From an uncultured Rhodobacterales bacterium (GTDB lineage: Bacteria > Pseudomonadota > Alphaproteobacteria > Rhodobacterales > Rhodobacteraceae): a stretch of 64,000 bases of DNA. The notes under the pieces are model-generated. The model did not search any database. It saw nothing but the letters and a program-made list of their open reading frames with translations, and was not told where the DNA came from. This document shows positions 32,521 through 42,244 of the stretch, in pieces; positions within the stretch are counted from its first letter, which is position 1, and every line of letters begins with the position of its first letter. The DNA lies in NCBI GenBank assembly GCA_964575795.1, contig CAZNSP010000014.1, forward strand, positions 22,886 to 86,885, read 5' to 3'. The position numbers were made by a program, and so were the translations under genes.

Positions 32521-32596
32521 CGGCTTTCCTCCGCACACATTTCACCACTCCGGCCAAAGTTTAGCACATGATGTCAAGCCCGGCCTAAATCCTCCC

Positions 32597-33163
32597 CTAC
32601 TCCACCCCCCACAACACCCCCTTCGCCACCCAGCCGTCGATCCGCCCGGCGCTGATCCGGCACCACACCCCCTCGCATTCCTCCGGCGACTCCGCGCTGA
32701 TCCGGCACCAGTCGCCGTCGCAGCCTTCCAGCCGGGCGATCGCCCCCGGCTCCATCCAGGCGATCAGCCTGCCCCGGTCCGAGGGCTCGGTCAGCATCGG
32801 CGCCATCTCCGCGCCCTGCACCATCACCGTCCGCGCCCCGGAGAGAAGCCCGTGGTGCATCCAGCCGCCCTGCCCCTCGGCATCCTCGACCCGCCGCCAC
32901 TGGCCGTATTCCGCCACCACCTTCAGCGGCAGCCCGCGGCGCCGGAATTCCCAGTCGACCCGGTAGCTCAGGTTCGGCCCCCGCCGCGCATTGGCCGAGC
33001 CGGCCTTGAGCGAGACGTAGCGCGGCAGCGGCAGGTTCGTCACCGGCCCGCGCTCGGCCTCGGCCACCGCCTCCTCCGCCGCCGCATACAGCACTCCGCC
33101 CGGCGCAGGCACCACCGCCAGCACCGCGACGAGCACGGCCAACCGCAAGGACAAAGCCCGCAT
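32597..33163 (-). CDS. Tandem bacterial SH3 (SH3_4) domain protein
   Basis: Signal peptide; PVTNLPLPRYVSLK, NARRGP, WRRVEDAEGQGGWMH. Confidence 0.85.
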   Translation of the reverse strand: MRALSLRLAVLVAVLAVVPAPGGVLYAAAEEAVAEAERGPVTNLPLPRYVSLKAGSANARRGPNLSYRVDWEFRRRGLPLKVVAEYGQWRRVEDAEGQGGWMHHGLLSGARTVMVQGAEMAPMLTEPSDRGRLIAWMEPGAIARLEGCDGDWCRISAESPEECEGVWCRISAGRIDGWVAKGVLWGVE

Positions 33164-33280
33164 TCCCGGTTCCGCTCACTGCCTCTCGACCGCCGGGAAG
33201 TGTCTGGATATTTCCGACCTGCCCGGTCATTATCACCGCAAAGATAAGATAATTTCGCGGCCAGAGGAACAGGAAACCGC

Positions 33281-34267
33281 ATGCCCTCGCCCCAAGTCAA
33301 AGTCGTCGTCACGCGCCGCCTGCCCGAACCGGTCGAGGCGCGCATGCGCGAGCTCTTCGACGTGACGCTCAATTCCGACGACCACCCGATGAGCCCCGAG
33401 GAACTCGGCCGCGCCCTGTCCGAGGCCGACGTGCTGGTGCCCACAATCACCGACCGCATCGACCAGCGCCTGCTCGCCCAGGCAGGTCCCCGGCTGCGGC
33501 TGATCGCCAACTACGGCGCGGGCTTCGACCATATCGACGTGGCCACCGCGCTCCAGCGCGGGATCATGGTCTCGAACACCCCCGGCGTGCTGGCCGAGGA
33601 CACCGCCGACATGGCGATGGCCCTCATCCTCGCCGTGCCCCGCCGCCTGCCCGAGGGCTGGCGCCTGATGCAGGGCGGCGAATGGCAGGGCTGGAGCCCG
33701 ACCGCGCTGATGGGCCACCGCATCGCCGGCAAGAAGCTCGGCATCCTCGGCCTCGGCCGCATCGGCCGCGCCATCGCCGCCCGCGCCGCCCCCTTCGGCC
33801 TCGAGGTCCACTACCACGCCCGCCGCCGCGTCCATGCCGACATCGAGGCGAGCCTGAACGCCACCTGGTGGGAAAGCCTCGACCAGATGCTGACCCGGAT
33901 CGACATCCTCTCGATCAACGTGCCGCACACGCCGTCGACCTTCCACCTGATGAACGCCCGGCGGCTGAAACTGATGAAGCCCACCGCCTACATCGTGAAC
34001 ACCGCCCGCGGCGAGGTGATCGACGAGAACGCGCTGACCCGCATGCTGCGCGCGGGCGAGCTCGCCGGCGCCGGCCTCGACGTCTTCGAGCACGGCCACG
34101 AGATCAACCCCCGCCTGCGGGAACTGCCGAACGTCATGCTGCTGCCGCACATGGGCTCGGCCACGCTCGAGGGCCGGCTCGAGATGGGCGAGAAGGTGAT
34201 CATCAACATCAAGACCTTCGCCGACGGCCACCGCCCGCCCGACCAGGTCGTGCCCTCGATGCTCTGA
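33281..34267 (+). CDS. D-2-hydroxyacid dehydrogenase (glyoxylate reductase-like)
   Basis: GILGLGRIG, NTARG, GLDVFE, PHMGS. Confidence 0.92.
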   Translation: MPSPQVKVVVTRRLPEPVEARMRELFDVTLNSDDHPMSPEELGRALSEADVLVPTITDRIDQRLLAQAGPRLRLIANYGAGFDHIDVATALQRGIMVSNTPGVLAEDTADMAMALILAVPRRLPEGWRLMQGGEWQGWSPTALMGHRIAGKKLGILGLGRIGRAIAARAAPFGLEVHYHARRRVHADIEASLNATWWESLDQMLTRIDILSINVPHTPSTFHLMNARRLKLMKPTAYIVNTARGEVIDENALTRMLRAGELAGAGLDVFEHGHEINPRLRELPNVMLLPHMGSATLEGRLEMGEKVIINIKTFADGHRPPDQVVPSML

Positions 34268-34350
34268 CCGCGCCGCATTTACGATAAACCCTCACGGCTT
34301 TTGCCGCGGGGGGCTCGGGCGCGTACACTCCTCCACCGGGGGAAGTGTAC

Positions 34351-35856
34351 ATGGTTCGCGTCGTTTTTCTGGTGATCCTCCTGTCGGTGACCTGTGCCCT
34401 GCCGAAGGGCGGACGGGCCGACGATCTCGGCGTGCTGCACGCCGGCTTCGCGCTGGCGCCGCTCGACCGGTCCGAGCGGCGGCTCCTGCAGACCGCGCTC
34501 GCCGCGCTCGGCGACTACCGCGGCATGCTCGACGGCATCTGGGGCCCCGAGAGCCGGACCGCGCTGGAACGCTACGTCCGCCGGATGTTCGACGACGAGG
34601 TGCGCAACCTCCACGCCGCGGCCCTCGTCCTCACCCTCGCCGACGAGGTGGAGCGTCACCGCTGGGAGGCCCGCGACTTCGCCGACATCGGCGTCTCCTT
34701 CGCCCTGCCGCTGGCCGAGCTGACGGCGCCGGAACTCGAAGGCGACGGCCTGCGCTGGTGGAGCACGAAGGGCGCGCTCTCGGTGCTCGCGCTGCCGCAC
34801 ACGCCCGACGACGCCCGGCTCTGGCACGAGGTCGGCCGCGAGCGCAACGCCCGCCCCGAGGCGCTCTTCACGATCCGCCGCCCCGAGCTTCTCGTCACCT
34901 CCGGCCTGCTCCCGGACGGGCGACAGTTCCATTCCCGCTCCGACCGGGTCGGGGACCGCTGGGCGACGGTCTATGTGGTCGCGGGGCCCGACCAGTCGCG
35001 CTTCCTCAACCTGATCGCCGCCAGCATCCGCCCCGGCCCGCCCGAGGCCTGGGACCTGCCGCGCGGCGGCCGGCTGGAACGCCTGACCGCACTGACGCTC
35101 GAGCTGATCGAGGAAAGCTGGCCCCCCTCCGCGGCGCTGCCGGCCCCGCTCCCGGAAATCGTCGCCCGCGCGCCGGTCGCCGCCGCGCCCCCCGTGCCTG
35201 CGCCCCGCACTGCATCGGCCACGGCGCCGGTCCCGCCGGTCGCGCCGATGGCCTCCGGGACCGGCTTCTACCTCGGCGCGCGCACCATCGTCACCGCCGA
35301 GCATGTCGTCGCCGGCTGCACCCGCCTCACGCTTCCCGACGGCAGCCTGCTCGCGGTCGCCGCCGCCGACCCCGCGCTCGACGTCGCGGTCCTGACCGCG
35401 CCGCGCCCCTCGCCGGCCTGGCTGACGCTCGCGCCACCGCAGGGACTGCGTCTCGGCCAGCGCCTCCACGCCCTCGGCTATCCCTACTATTCGATCGCCG
35501 GCACCGCGCTGCACCTGACCAGCGGCAACGTCAGCGCGCTCGCCGGCATCGGCGACGACGCCCGCTTCTTCAGCTTCAGCGCCCCGGTCCAGCCCGGCAA
35601 CAGCGGCGGCCCGCTGATGGACCAGTCCGGCCGGGTGATCGGCGTCGTGGTCGCCCGCCTCTCCGAGGCATTCATCGCCGAGACCACCGGCACCCTGCCG
35701 CAGAACGTCAACTACGCGGTCAGCACCGCCGAACTCTTCACCTTCCTGCGCCGCAGCGGCATCCGGGCCCAGCCGCGCGGCCTCGGCGGGTTCGAGATGG
35801 AAGGCGGCGCCCCCGAGGCGATTTCCGCCGCCATCGTCCCGATCCTCTGCGACTGA
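34351..35856 (+). CDS. Secreted trypsin-like serine protease with N-terminal peptidoglycan-binding-like domain
   Basis: Signal peptide; LQTALAALGDY.GMLDGIWGP; Pro/Ala linker; triad TAEH, DVAVL, GNSGGP. Confidence 0.8.
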   Translation: MVRVVFLVILLSVTCALPKGGRADDLGVLHAGFALAPLDRSERRLLQTALAALGDYRGMLDGIWGPESRTALERYVRRMFDDEVRNLHAAALVLTLADEVERHRWEARDFADIGVSFALPLAELTAPELEGDGLRWWSTKGALSVLALPHTPDDARLWHEVGRERNARPEALFTIRRPELLVTSGLLPDGRQFHSRSDRVGDRWATVYVVAGPDQSRFLNLIAASIRPGPPEAWDLPRGGRLERLTALTLELIEESWPPSAALPAPLPEIVARAPVAAAPPVPAPRTASATAPVPPVAPMASGTGFYLGARTIVTAEHVVAGCTRLTLPDGSLLAVAAADPALDVAVLTAPRPSPAWLTLAPPQGLRLGQRLHALGYPYYSIAGTALHLTSGNVSALAGIGDDARFFSFSAPVQPGNSGGPLMDQSGRVIGVVVARLSEAFIAETTGTLPQNVNYAVSTAELFTFLRRSGIRAQPRGLGGFEMEGGAPEAISAAIVPILCD

Positions 35857-35906
35857 CCCGGGCGCCACGCCCCCGCAGCCCCCGGTTTCATACTGACAAG
35901 CTTACC

Positions 35907-36004
35907 TGGAGAGCAGTTCGCGCGGGCCGAACACGGCCCGCGCCAGCAAAAGGACTCGCGCGCACCCGCGCGCTCCGAATGGCCGCCAACGGGCGGCCTC
36001 TCCA
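35907..36004. ncRNA. Candidate structured RNA (four-way junction); family unknown
   Basis: Closing helix TGGAGA/TCTCCA around three hairpins with 4-nt loops (10-, 6- and ~7-bp stems). Confidence 0.3.
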
Positions 36005-36086
36005 CGATCCTGCAAACGCGCCGTGCCGGCGTCATGCGGACGACCGCAGCCGCTTGCGCCAGCAACCCGACCGGCGCTGCCGGCCC

Positions 36087-36833
36087 TCAGCCCGCCTTGT
36101 GCCGGACCGCCTCGCCGAAGGCGCTGAACAGCGGCCGCGACACCGGGTCGTTCGCCGCGTTCCATTCCGGATGCCACTGCACCGCCAGCGCAAAGGCGCG
36201 GGCATCCACGATCTTCAGCGCCTCGGGCGTCTCGTCCGGCGCGTAGCCCTCGATCTCCACCCGCGCGGCCTTGTCGAGGATGCCCTGCCCGTGCAGCGAA
36301 TTGACCAGCACCTCCGGCGCGCCGAGGATGCGGTGGAACTGCCCGCCGGGCGACAACCGGACGATGTGGCGATAGGCGAACTTCTCCTCCAGCGTGCCGT
36401 CGGGCGGCATCCGGTGGTTCATCCGGCCGGGGATCTCGCGGATCTCGGGATGCAGCGTGCCGCCGAAGGCCACGTTGAATTCCTGGAACCCCCGGCAGAT
36501 GCCGAAGACCGGCACGCCGCGGGCCACGCATTCGCGGATCAGCGGCAGCGTCACCGCGTCCCGGTCGAGGTCGAAGGCGCCGTGCTTCTCGGTCGGCTCG
36601 TGGCCGTAATGGCTCGGATGCACGTTCGGCCTCCCGCCGGTGAAGACGAAGCCGTCGCAGGCCTCGATCAGGTCGCTGATCGCGCCGACCTTGGGCAGGG
36701 CGGGCACGATCAGCGGGATCGCCCCGGTGACCTCCGCCACCGCCTCGATGTTCGACACCCCTACCGCCTGGACGGGATATTCGTCGTTCAGAAGATGTGC
36801 GTTTCCGATGATGCCGATGACTGGCTTTGACAT
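36087..36833 (-). CDS. Peptidase C26 / gamma-glutamyl-GABA hydrolase (PuuD-like)
   Basis: FTGG, GICRGFQE nucleophile, VQWHPE. Confidence 0.88.
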   Translation of the reverse strand: MSKPVIGIIGNAHLLNDEYPVQAVGVSNIEAVAEVTGAIPLIVPALPKVGAISDLIEACDGFVFTGGRPNVHPSHYGHEPTEKHGAFDLDRDAVTLPLIRECVARGVPVFGICRGFQEFNVAFGGTLHPEIREIPGRMNHRMPPDGTLEEKFAYRHIVRLSPGGQFHRILGAPEVLVNSLHGQGILDKAARVEIEGYAPDETPEALKIVDARAFALAVQWHPEWNAANDPVSRPLFSAFGEAVRHKAG

Positions 36834-36998
36834 GGTCCGAAAGCGCTGCCCGGCGCCCCTCGTGACGGTTTCCCCGCAAGATAGGCGCTCGCCCCCGCCA
36901 CGTCGAGGGGGGTTCGCTCACGTCTTCGCCCCCCGTCTTCGCCATTGACCCTCCCGCACCCGCGTGACACCGTCCCCCTTCGCCAGACGGAGGCTCAG

Positions 36999-39608
36999 AT
37001 GCGCGACGAAGCCGGGGCCGAGATCACCCGCCTCTCCGACTACGCCCCGCCCGCCTGGCTGGCCGAGAGCGTGCACCTCACCTTCTCCCTCGCGCCGCGG
37101 GGAACCCGCGTCCTCGCCCGCATCGACTTCCGCCCGAACCCCGCCGCCGCCGCCGGCCCGCCGGCGGACCTCGTGCTCGACGGCCGCAGGCTGCGGCTCA
37201 TCTCCGCCGCGATCGACGGCGCGCCGGTGCCGGAGAACGCGCTCGCCACCGAGCCCGAGGGCCTGCGCATCCCCGCCGCCCTCGTGCCCCGCCGCCCCTT
37301 CACCTGGCATTGCGAGACCGAGATCGACCCCGCCGACAACACCGCGCTCGAGGGCCTCTACATGTCGAACGGCATGTACTGCACCCAGTGCGAGGCCGAG
37401 GGCTTCCGCAAGATCACCTACTTCCCCGACCGCCCCGACGTGATGGCCGAATACCACGTCCGCATCGAGGACCCCTCCGGCACCGCCCCCGTCCTGCTCT
37501 CGAACGGCAACCCCGTCGCCCGCGGCCCCGGCTGGGCGGAATGGCACGACCCCTTCCCCAAGCCCTCCTACCTCTTCGCCCTCGTCGCCGGCGACCTGCA
37601 CGCCGTGCGCGACCGCTTCACCACCCGCTCGGGGCGCGAGGTCACACTCGAGATCTGGGTCCGCGACGGCGACCAGCCCCGCTGCGGCTACGCCATGGAC
37701 GCCCTCAAGCGCGCCATGGCCTGGGACGAGGCGGAATACGGCCTCGAATACGACCTCGACCTGTTCATGATCGTCGCGGTCGACGACTTCAACATGGGCG
37801 CGATGGAGAACAAGGGCCTCAACATCTTCAACTCCCGCTACGTGCTCGCCAGCCCCGAGACCGCCACCGACGCCGACTACAAGAACATCGAGGCGATCAT
37901 CGCCCACGAATACTTCCACAACTGGACCGGCAACCGCATCACCTGCCGCGACTGGTTCCAGCTCTGCCTCAAGGAGGGCCTCACCGTCTTCCGCGACCAG
38001 CAGTTCTCCGCCGACATGCGCTCGGCCGGGGTCAAGCGGATCGAGGACGTGAACCGCCTGCGCGCCCAGCAGTTCCGCGAGGATGCGGGCCCGCTCGCCC
38101 ACCCGGTCCGGCCCGCGGAATACATCGAGATCAACAACTTCTACACTGCCACCGTCTACGAGAAGGGCGCCGAGCTGATCCGCATGCTGCGCACCCTCGT
38201 CGGCCCCGAGACCTGGCGCCGCGCGATCGACCTCTGGTTCGCCCGCCACGACGGCCAGGCCTGCACCGTGGAGGACTGGCTGCGCGTCTTCGAGGACGCC
38301 TCCGGCCGCGACCTCACCCAGTTCTCCCGCTGGTACACCCAGGCCGGCACGCCCCGCCTCACCGCCGAGGAGGACTGGGACGGCAGCCGCTACACCCTGC
38401 GCTTCCGCCAGACGACGCCGCCCACCCCCGGCCAGCCGGACAAGGCGCCGCTCGTCATCCCCGTCGCCTACGGCCTGATGGCGCAGGACGGGCGCGACAT
38501 GGCCGCCGGCGTGCTGGAACTGACCGAGGCGGAACAGGCCTTCACCTTCGACCTGCCCGAACGCCCGGTGCCCTCGCTCCTGCGCGGCTTCTCGGCCCCG
38601 GTGATCCTCGACCGGCCGACCGCGCCGGGCAAGCGCGCCTTCCTCTTCGCCGCCGATCCCGACCCGTTCAACCGGTGGGAGGCGGGGCGCGACCTCGCGC
38701 TGTCGCTCCTGACCCGGCTCTGCGACGACCCCGAGGCGCCGCCCGACCCGGAATTCCTCGCCGCCGTCGCCGCCGTCGCCCGGGACGACCGCCTCGACCC
38801 GGCCTTCAAGGCGCTCGCCCTCACGCTGCCGTCCGAGGACGACCTCATCGCCCATCTCGCCGGGGCCGGGCTCGTCCCCGACCCGCTGGCGGTGCACCGC
38901 GCCCGGCGGGCGCTCGACGCGCGGATCGCCGTCCAGCTCGCCCCCAACCTCGCCGCGCTCTACCGCGACAATGCGGTTCCGGGTCCCTACGCACCCGATG
39001 CCGCCGCCGCGGGACACCGCGCGCTGCGGGCCCGCGCGCTCGCGCTCCTCACCCGGCTCGACCCCGCCGCCCCTATCGCCCGGGCGCAATACGCCGCCGC
39101 CGACAACATGACCGAGCGCATGACCGCGCTCACCCTGCTCGTCGCCCACGGCCGGGCGGCCGAGGCGCTCGCCGACTTCCACGCCCGCTGGCGCCACGAC
39201 CGGCTGGTGCTCGACAAGTGGTTCGCGGTCCAGGCCGGCCACACCCCGCCCGAGACCGCCGTCGCCACCGTCGAGGCGCTCACCCGCCACCCGGATTTCG
39301 ACTGGAAGAACCCCAACCGCCTGCGGTCGCTGATCGGCACCTTCGCCATGGCGAATCCCGCGGGTTTCCACGCCCCCGACGGCGGCGGCTACCGGCTGGT
39401 CATCGACTGGCTGATCCGGCTCGACCCGGTCAATCCGCAGACGACGGCCCGCCTCGCGGCCGGGCTCGGAACGTGGCAACTCTTCGACGCCGACCGGCGG
39501 CGGCTGATGCGCGACGAACTCGAACGCCTCGCCGCCCAGCCTTCCCTTTCGCGCGATACTGCCGAGATTGTCGGCAGATTGTTGCAGACCGGCGAGGACG
39601 GGGGCTGA
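36999..39608 (+). CDS. pepN: Aminopeptidase N
   Basis: ATG after GGAGG; GAMENK, HEYFH...E zinc motif. Confidence 0.96.
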   Translation: MRDEAGAEITRLSDYAPPAWLAESVHLTFSLAPRGTRVLARIDFRPNPAAAAGPPADLVLDGRRLRLISAAIDGAPVPENALATEPEGLRIPAALVPRRPFTWHCETEIDPADNTALEGLYMSNGMYCTQCEAEGFRKITYFPDRPDVMAEYHVRIEDPSGTAPVLLSNGNPVARGPGWAEWHDPFPKPSYLFALVAGDLHAVRDRFTTRSGREVTLEIWVRDGDQPRCGYAMDALKRAMAWDEAEYGLEYDLDLFMIVAVDDFNMGAMENKGLNIFNSRYVLASPETATDADYKNIEAIIAHEYFHNWTGNRITCRDWFQLCLKEGLTVFRDQQFSADMRSAGVKRIEDVNRLRAQQFREDAGPLAHPVRPAEYIEINNFYTATVYEKGAELIRMLRTLVGPETWRRAIDLWFARHDGQACTVEDWLRVFEDASGRDLTQFSRWYTQAGTPRLTAEEDWDGSRYTLRFRQTTPPTPGQPDKAPLVIPVAYGLMAQDGRDMAAGVLELTEAEQAFTFDLPERPVPSLLRGFSAPVILDRPTAPGKRAFLFAADPDPFNRWEAGRDLALSLLTRLCDDPEAPPDPEFLAAVAAVARDDRLDPAFKALALTLPSEDDLIAHLAGAGLVPDPLAVHRARRALDARIAVQLAPNLAALYRDNAVPGPYAPDAAAAGHRALRARALALLTRLDPAAPIARAQYAAADNMTERMTALTLLVAHGRAAEALADFHARWRHDRLVLDKWFAVQAGHTPPETAVATVEALTRHPDFDWKNPNRLRSLIGTFAMANPAGFHAPDGGGYRLVIDWLIRLDPVNPQTTARLAAGLGTWQLFDADRRRLMRDELERLAAQPSLSRDTAEIVGRLLQTGEDGG

Positions 39609-39614
39609 ATTCGA

Positions 39615-39629
39615 TTAACGAAAGGTTTA
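39615..39629. promoter_or_regulatory. Candidate CtrA box
   Basis: TTAA-cgaaagg-TTTA, 7/8 match to TTAA-N7-TTAA. Confidence 0.35.
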
Positions 39630-39675
39630 TATGTTCCGTCACGCCACTGTGAAATCGGAGCGGTAGTGTGATGCC

Positions 39676-40557
39676 ATGAGACCGATCATCGATCAGCTGA
39701 TCGAGGAACGCGCGCCGTGGCTACGGCGCCAGGGCCCCGGGGTCGCCACCGCCCGCGCGCTCCTCTACCGCGTCCTGCAGTACGAGCGCACCGTCCGGAT
39801 CGCCGAGACGATGGAGCCGCTGCCGGCCGACCGCATCATGGACGCGATGGCCGAGATGATCGCCCACCACCTCGAGGTGGAGGGGCTCGAGAACGTCCCA
39901 GCCGAGGGGCCGGCGATGGTGGTCTGCAACCATCCCACCGGCATCGCCGACGGCATCGTGCTCTACGGCGCGCTGGCGCGCCGGCGGCCCGACCTCTTCA
40001 TCTTCGCCAATGCCGACGCGCTGCGCGTCCTGCCGCAGCTGCACGACCTGATCGCCCCCGTGGAATGGCGAGTCGACAAGCGCACCCACAAGCAGAACCG
40101 CGAGACGCTCTGCTATGCCCAGCGCGCCTTCGAGCGGGGCCGCCTCGCGGTGCTCTTCCCCTCCGGCCGCCTCGCCAAGCGCCGCTGGTGGTCGCTGCAC
40201 GAACGGCCGTGGATGGCCTCGGGCGCGATGATGGCACGCAAGTTCAACCTGCCGGTCGTGCCGCTGCACATCACCGCGCGCAACTCCGCGCTCTTCTACC
40301 TCTTCGACCGCATCCACCCGACGCTGCGCGACATCACCCTTTTCCACGAGGTGCTGAACAAGGCACGCCAGCCCTACCGCATCCGCATCGGCGAGGCCAT
40401 CGACCCGATGACGCTTCCCTCCGGCCATGCCGAAGCGACCGAGGTCCTGCGCCTGCGCACCCTCGCGCTCGGCGGCGAGCGGCCGCAGACCGTGCTGACC
40501 GCGCCGCGGCCCGCCCCCCGGGCGGGCAAGCTCCGCCCCGCCAGCCTGATGATCTGA
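39676..40557 (+). CDS. PlsC-family (lyso)lipid acyltransferase
   Basis: NHPTGIAD (HX4D), LFPSG. Confidence 0.85.
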   Translation: MRPIIDQLIEERAPWLRRQGPGVATARALLYRVLQYERTVRIAETMEPLPADRIMDAMAEMIAHHLEVEGLENVPAEGPAMVVCNHPTGIADGIVLYGALARRRPDLFIFANADALRVLPQLHDLIAPVEWRVDKRTHKQNRETLCYAQRAFERGRLAVLFPSGRLAKRRWWSLHERPWMASGAMMARKFNLPVVPLHITARNSALFYLFDRIHPTLRDITLFHEVLNKARQPYRIRIGEAIDPMTLPSGHAEATEVLRLRTLALGGERPQTVLTAPRPAPRAGKLRPASLMI

Positions 40558-40598
40558 GCCCGGCGCGGGGGCGCGGCGGACGGGAAAACGTGGGACCG

Positions 40599-40630
40599 AA
40601 ATAGCACCCAAATAGCACCCAAATAGCACC
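40599..40630. repeat. 3 x 11-bp AT-rich tandem repeat AAATAGCACCC
   Basis: Copies at 40599-40609, 40610-40620 and 40621-40630 (last base of the third copy differs). Confidence 0.92.
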
Positions 40631-40729
40631 TGCCCTCCCACGCCGGCACGGGCCGCTTCCAGCCCCTTGCCCCCGCAACGCCATGGCCCTAGAACCTCCT
40701 CACGGACAGAACCGCGACAGGTGACCCGA

Positions 40730-42214
40730 ATGGCTGAACTCGCCTATTCCGAACCCGAACCCAAGATCATCGCGGGTGCGAAGGGCGACTGGGAAATGGT
40801 CATCGGCATGGAAGTCCATGCACAGGTCCAGTCGAAGGCCAAGCTTTTCTCGGGCGCTTCTACCGCTTTTGGGGCACCGCCCAACACGAACGTCAGCCTC
40901 GTCGATGCCGCGATGCCGGGAATGCTTCCCGTTGTCAACGGATACTGCGTCGAGCAGGCCGTCCGGACCGGCCTCGGTCTGAAGGCGAAGATCAACCTCT
41001 ATTCTCGGTTCGACCGCAAGAATTACTTCTATCCCGACCTGCCGCAGGGCTACCAGATCAGCCAGCTCTACCACCCGATCGTCGGCGAGGGCGAGATCCT
41101 CGTGGACCTCGCACCCGGAATAGCGCGCAAGGTCCGCGTCGAACGGATCCACCTCGAACAGGACGCCGGCAAGTCGATCCACGAAATGCATCCGAACATG
41201 TCCTTCGTCGATCTCAACAGGTCTGGCGTCGCCTTGATGGAGATTGTTTCCCGTCCCGACATCCGGGGCCCCGAGGAAGCCGCCGAATACATTCGGAAAC
41301 TGCGCCAGATCCTGCGTTACCTCGGCACCTGCGACGGCAACATGCAGGAAGGCAGCCTGCGCGCCGACGTGAACGTCTCGGTCCGGCCAAAAGGATCGAC
41401 CGAACTCGGCACGCGCTGCGAAATCAAGAACATGAATTCGATGCGCTTTATCCAGCAGGCCATCGAATACGAGGCGCGCCGGCAAATCGCCATCCTCGAG
41501 GATGGCGGCGAGATCGAGCAGGAAACCCGCCTTTACGATCCGAACCGAGGCGAAACCCGCTCGATGCGCTCCAAGGAGGAGGCGCACGACTACCGTTACT
41601 TCCCCTGCCCCGACCTTCTGCCGCTCGAACTGGAACAGGCATGGGTGGACGGCATCGCCGCCGGCCTGCCGGAGCTGCCGGACCAGAAGAAGGCGCGCTT
41701 CGTTCTCGACTACGGGATGACCGAATACGATGCCGGTGTCCTGACCGCCGAAGTCGCCAGCGCCGATTACTTCGAGTCGGTGGCCCGCGGCAGGGACGGC
41801 AAGCAGGCCGCCAACTGGGTGATCAACGAACTGTTCGGACGGCTCAACAAGGAAGGCCACGCCATCGAGGACAGCCCGATCAGCCCCGACCAGCTCGGCG
41901 GGCTGATCGACCTGATCGCGCGCGGCGACATTTCCGGCAAGATTGCCAAGGACTTGTTCGAGATCCTCTGGACCGAGGGCGGCGACCCTGCGGCCATCGT
42001 CGAGGAACGCGGCATGCGTCAGGTCACCGACCTCGGCGCAATAGAAGCCGCAGTCGACGAAGTAATCGCGGCGAACCCCGACAAGGTCGCCCAGGCCCAG
42101 GCAAAGCCGGCGCTCGCCGGATGGTTCGTCGGCCAGGTGATGAAATCGACAGGGGGCAAGGCGAACCCCCAGGCAGTAAACGAGCTTGTCCGCAAGAAGA
42201 TCGGCATCGAATAG
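40730..42214 (+). CDS. gatB: Asp-tRNA(Asn)/Glu-tRNA(Gln) amidotransferase subunit B
   Basis: [39 protein letters not shown]. Confidence 0.97.
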   Translation: MAELAYSEPEPKIIAGAKGDWEMVIGMEVHAQVQSKAKLFSGASTAFGAPPNTNVSLVDAAMPGMLPVVNGYCVEQAVRTGLGLKAKINLYSRFDRKNYFYPDLPQGYQISQLYHPIVGEGEILVDLAPGIARKVRVERIHLEQDAGKSIHEMHPNMSFVDLNRSGVALMEIVSRPDIRGPEEAAEYIRKLRQILRYLGTCDGNMQEGSLRADVNVSVRPKGSTELGTRCEIKNMNSMRFIQQAIEYEARRQIAILEDGGEIEQETRLYDPNRGETRSMRSKEEAHDYRYFPCPDLLPLELEQAWVDGIAAGLPELPDQKKARFVLDYGMTEYDAGVLTAEVASADYFESVARGRDGKQAANWVINELFGRLNKEGHAIEDSPISPDQLGGLIDLIARGDISGKIAKDLFEILWTEGGDPAAIVEERGMRQVTDLGAIEAAVDEVIAANPDKVAQAQAKPALAGWFVGQVMKSTGGKANPQAVNELVRKKIGIE

Positions 42215-42244
42215 AATCCGGAAACGTATGAACAGGGGGCCGAG

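Noticed and set aside
32550-32580. Sigma70 promoter for panA (TTGACA...TAAACT, minus strand)
   Set aside because: The spacer is only 8 nt, incompatible with a canonical promoter.
35890-36010. Glycine riboswitch or tRNA-Ser
   Set aside because: Lacks the CCGAAG core, is not upstream of a co-oriented gene, and has no D/T arm motifs or terminal CCA after the stem. Kept only as an unassigned structure.
40599-40630. Possible CRISPR array
   Set aside because: Units are only 11 bp and contiguous, with no spacers and no cas genes.
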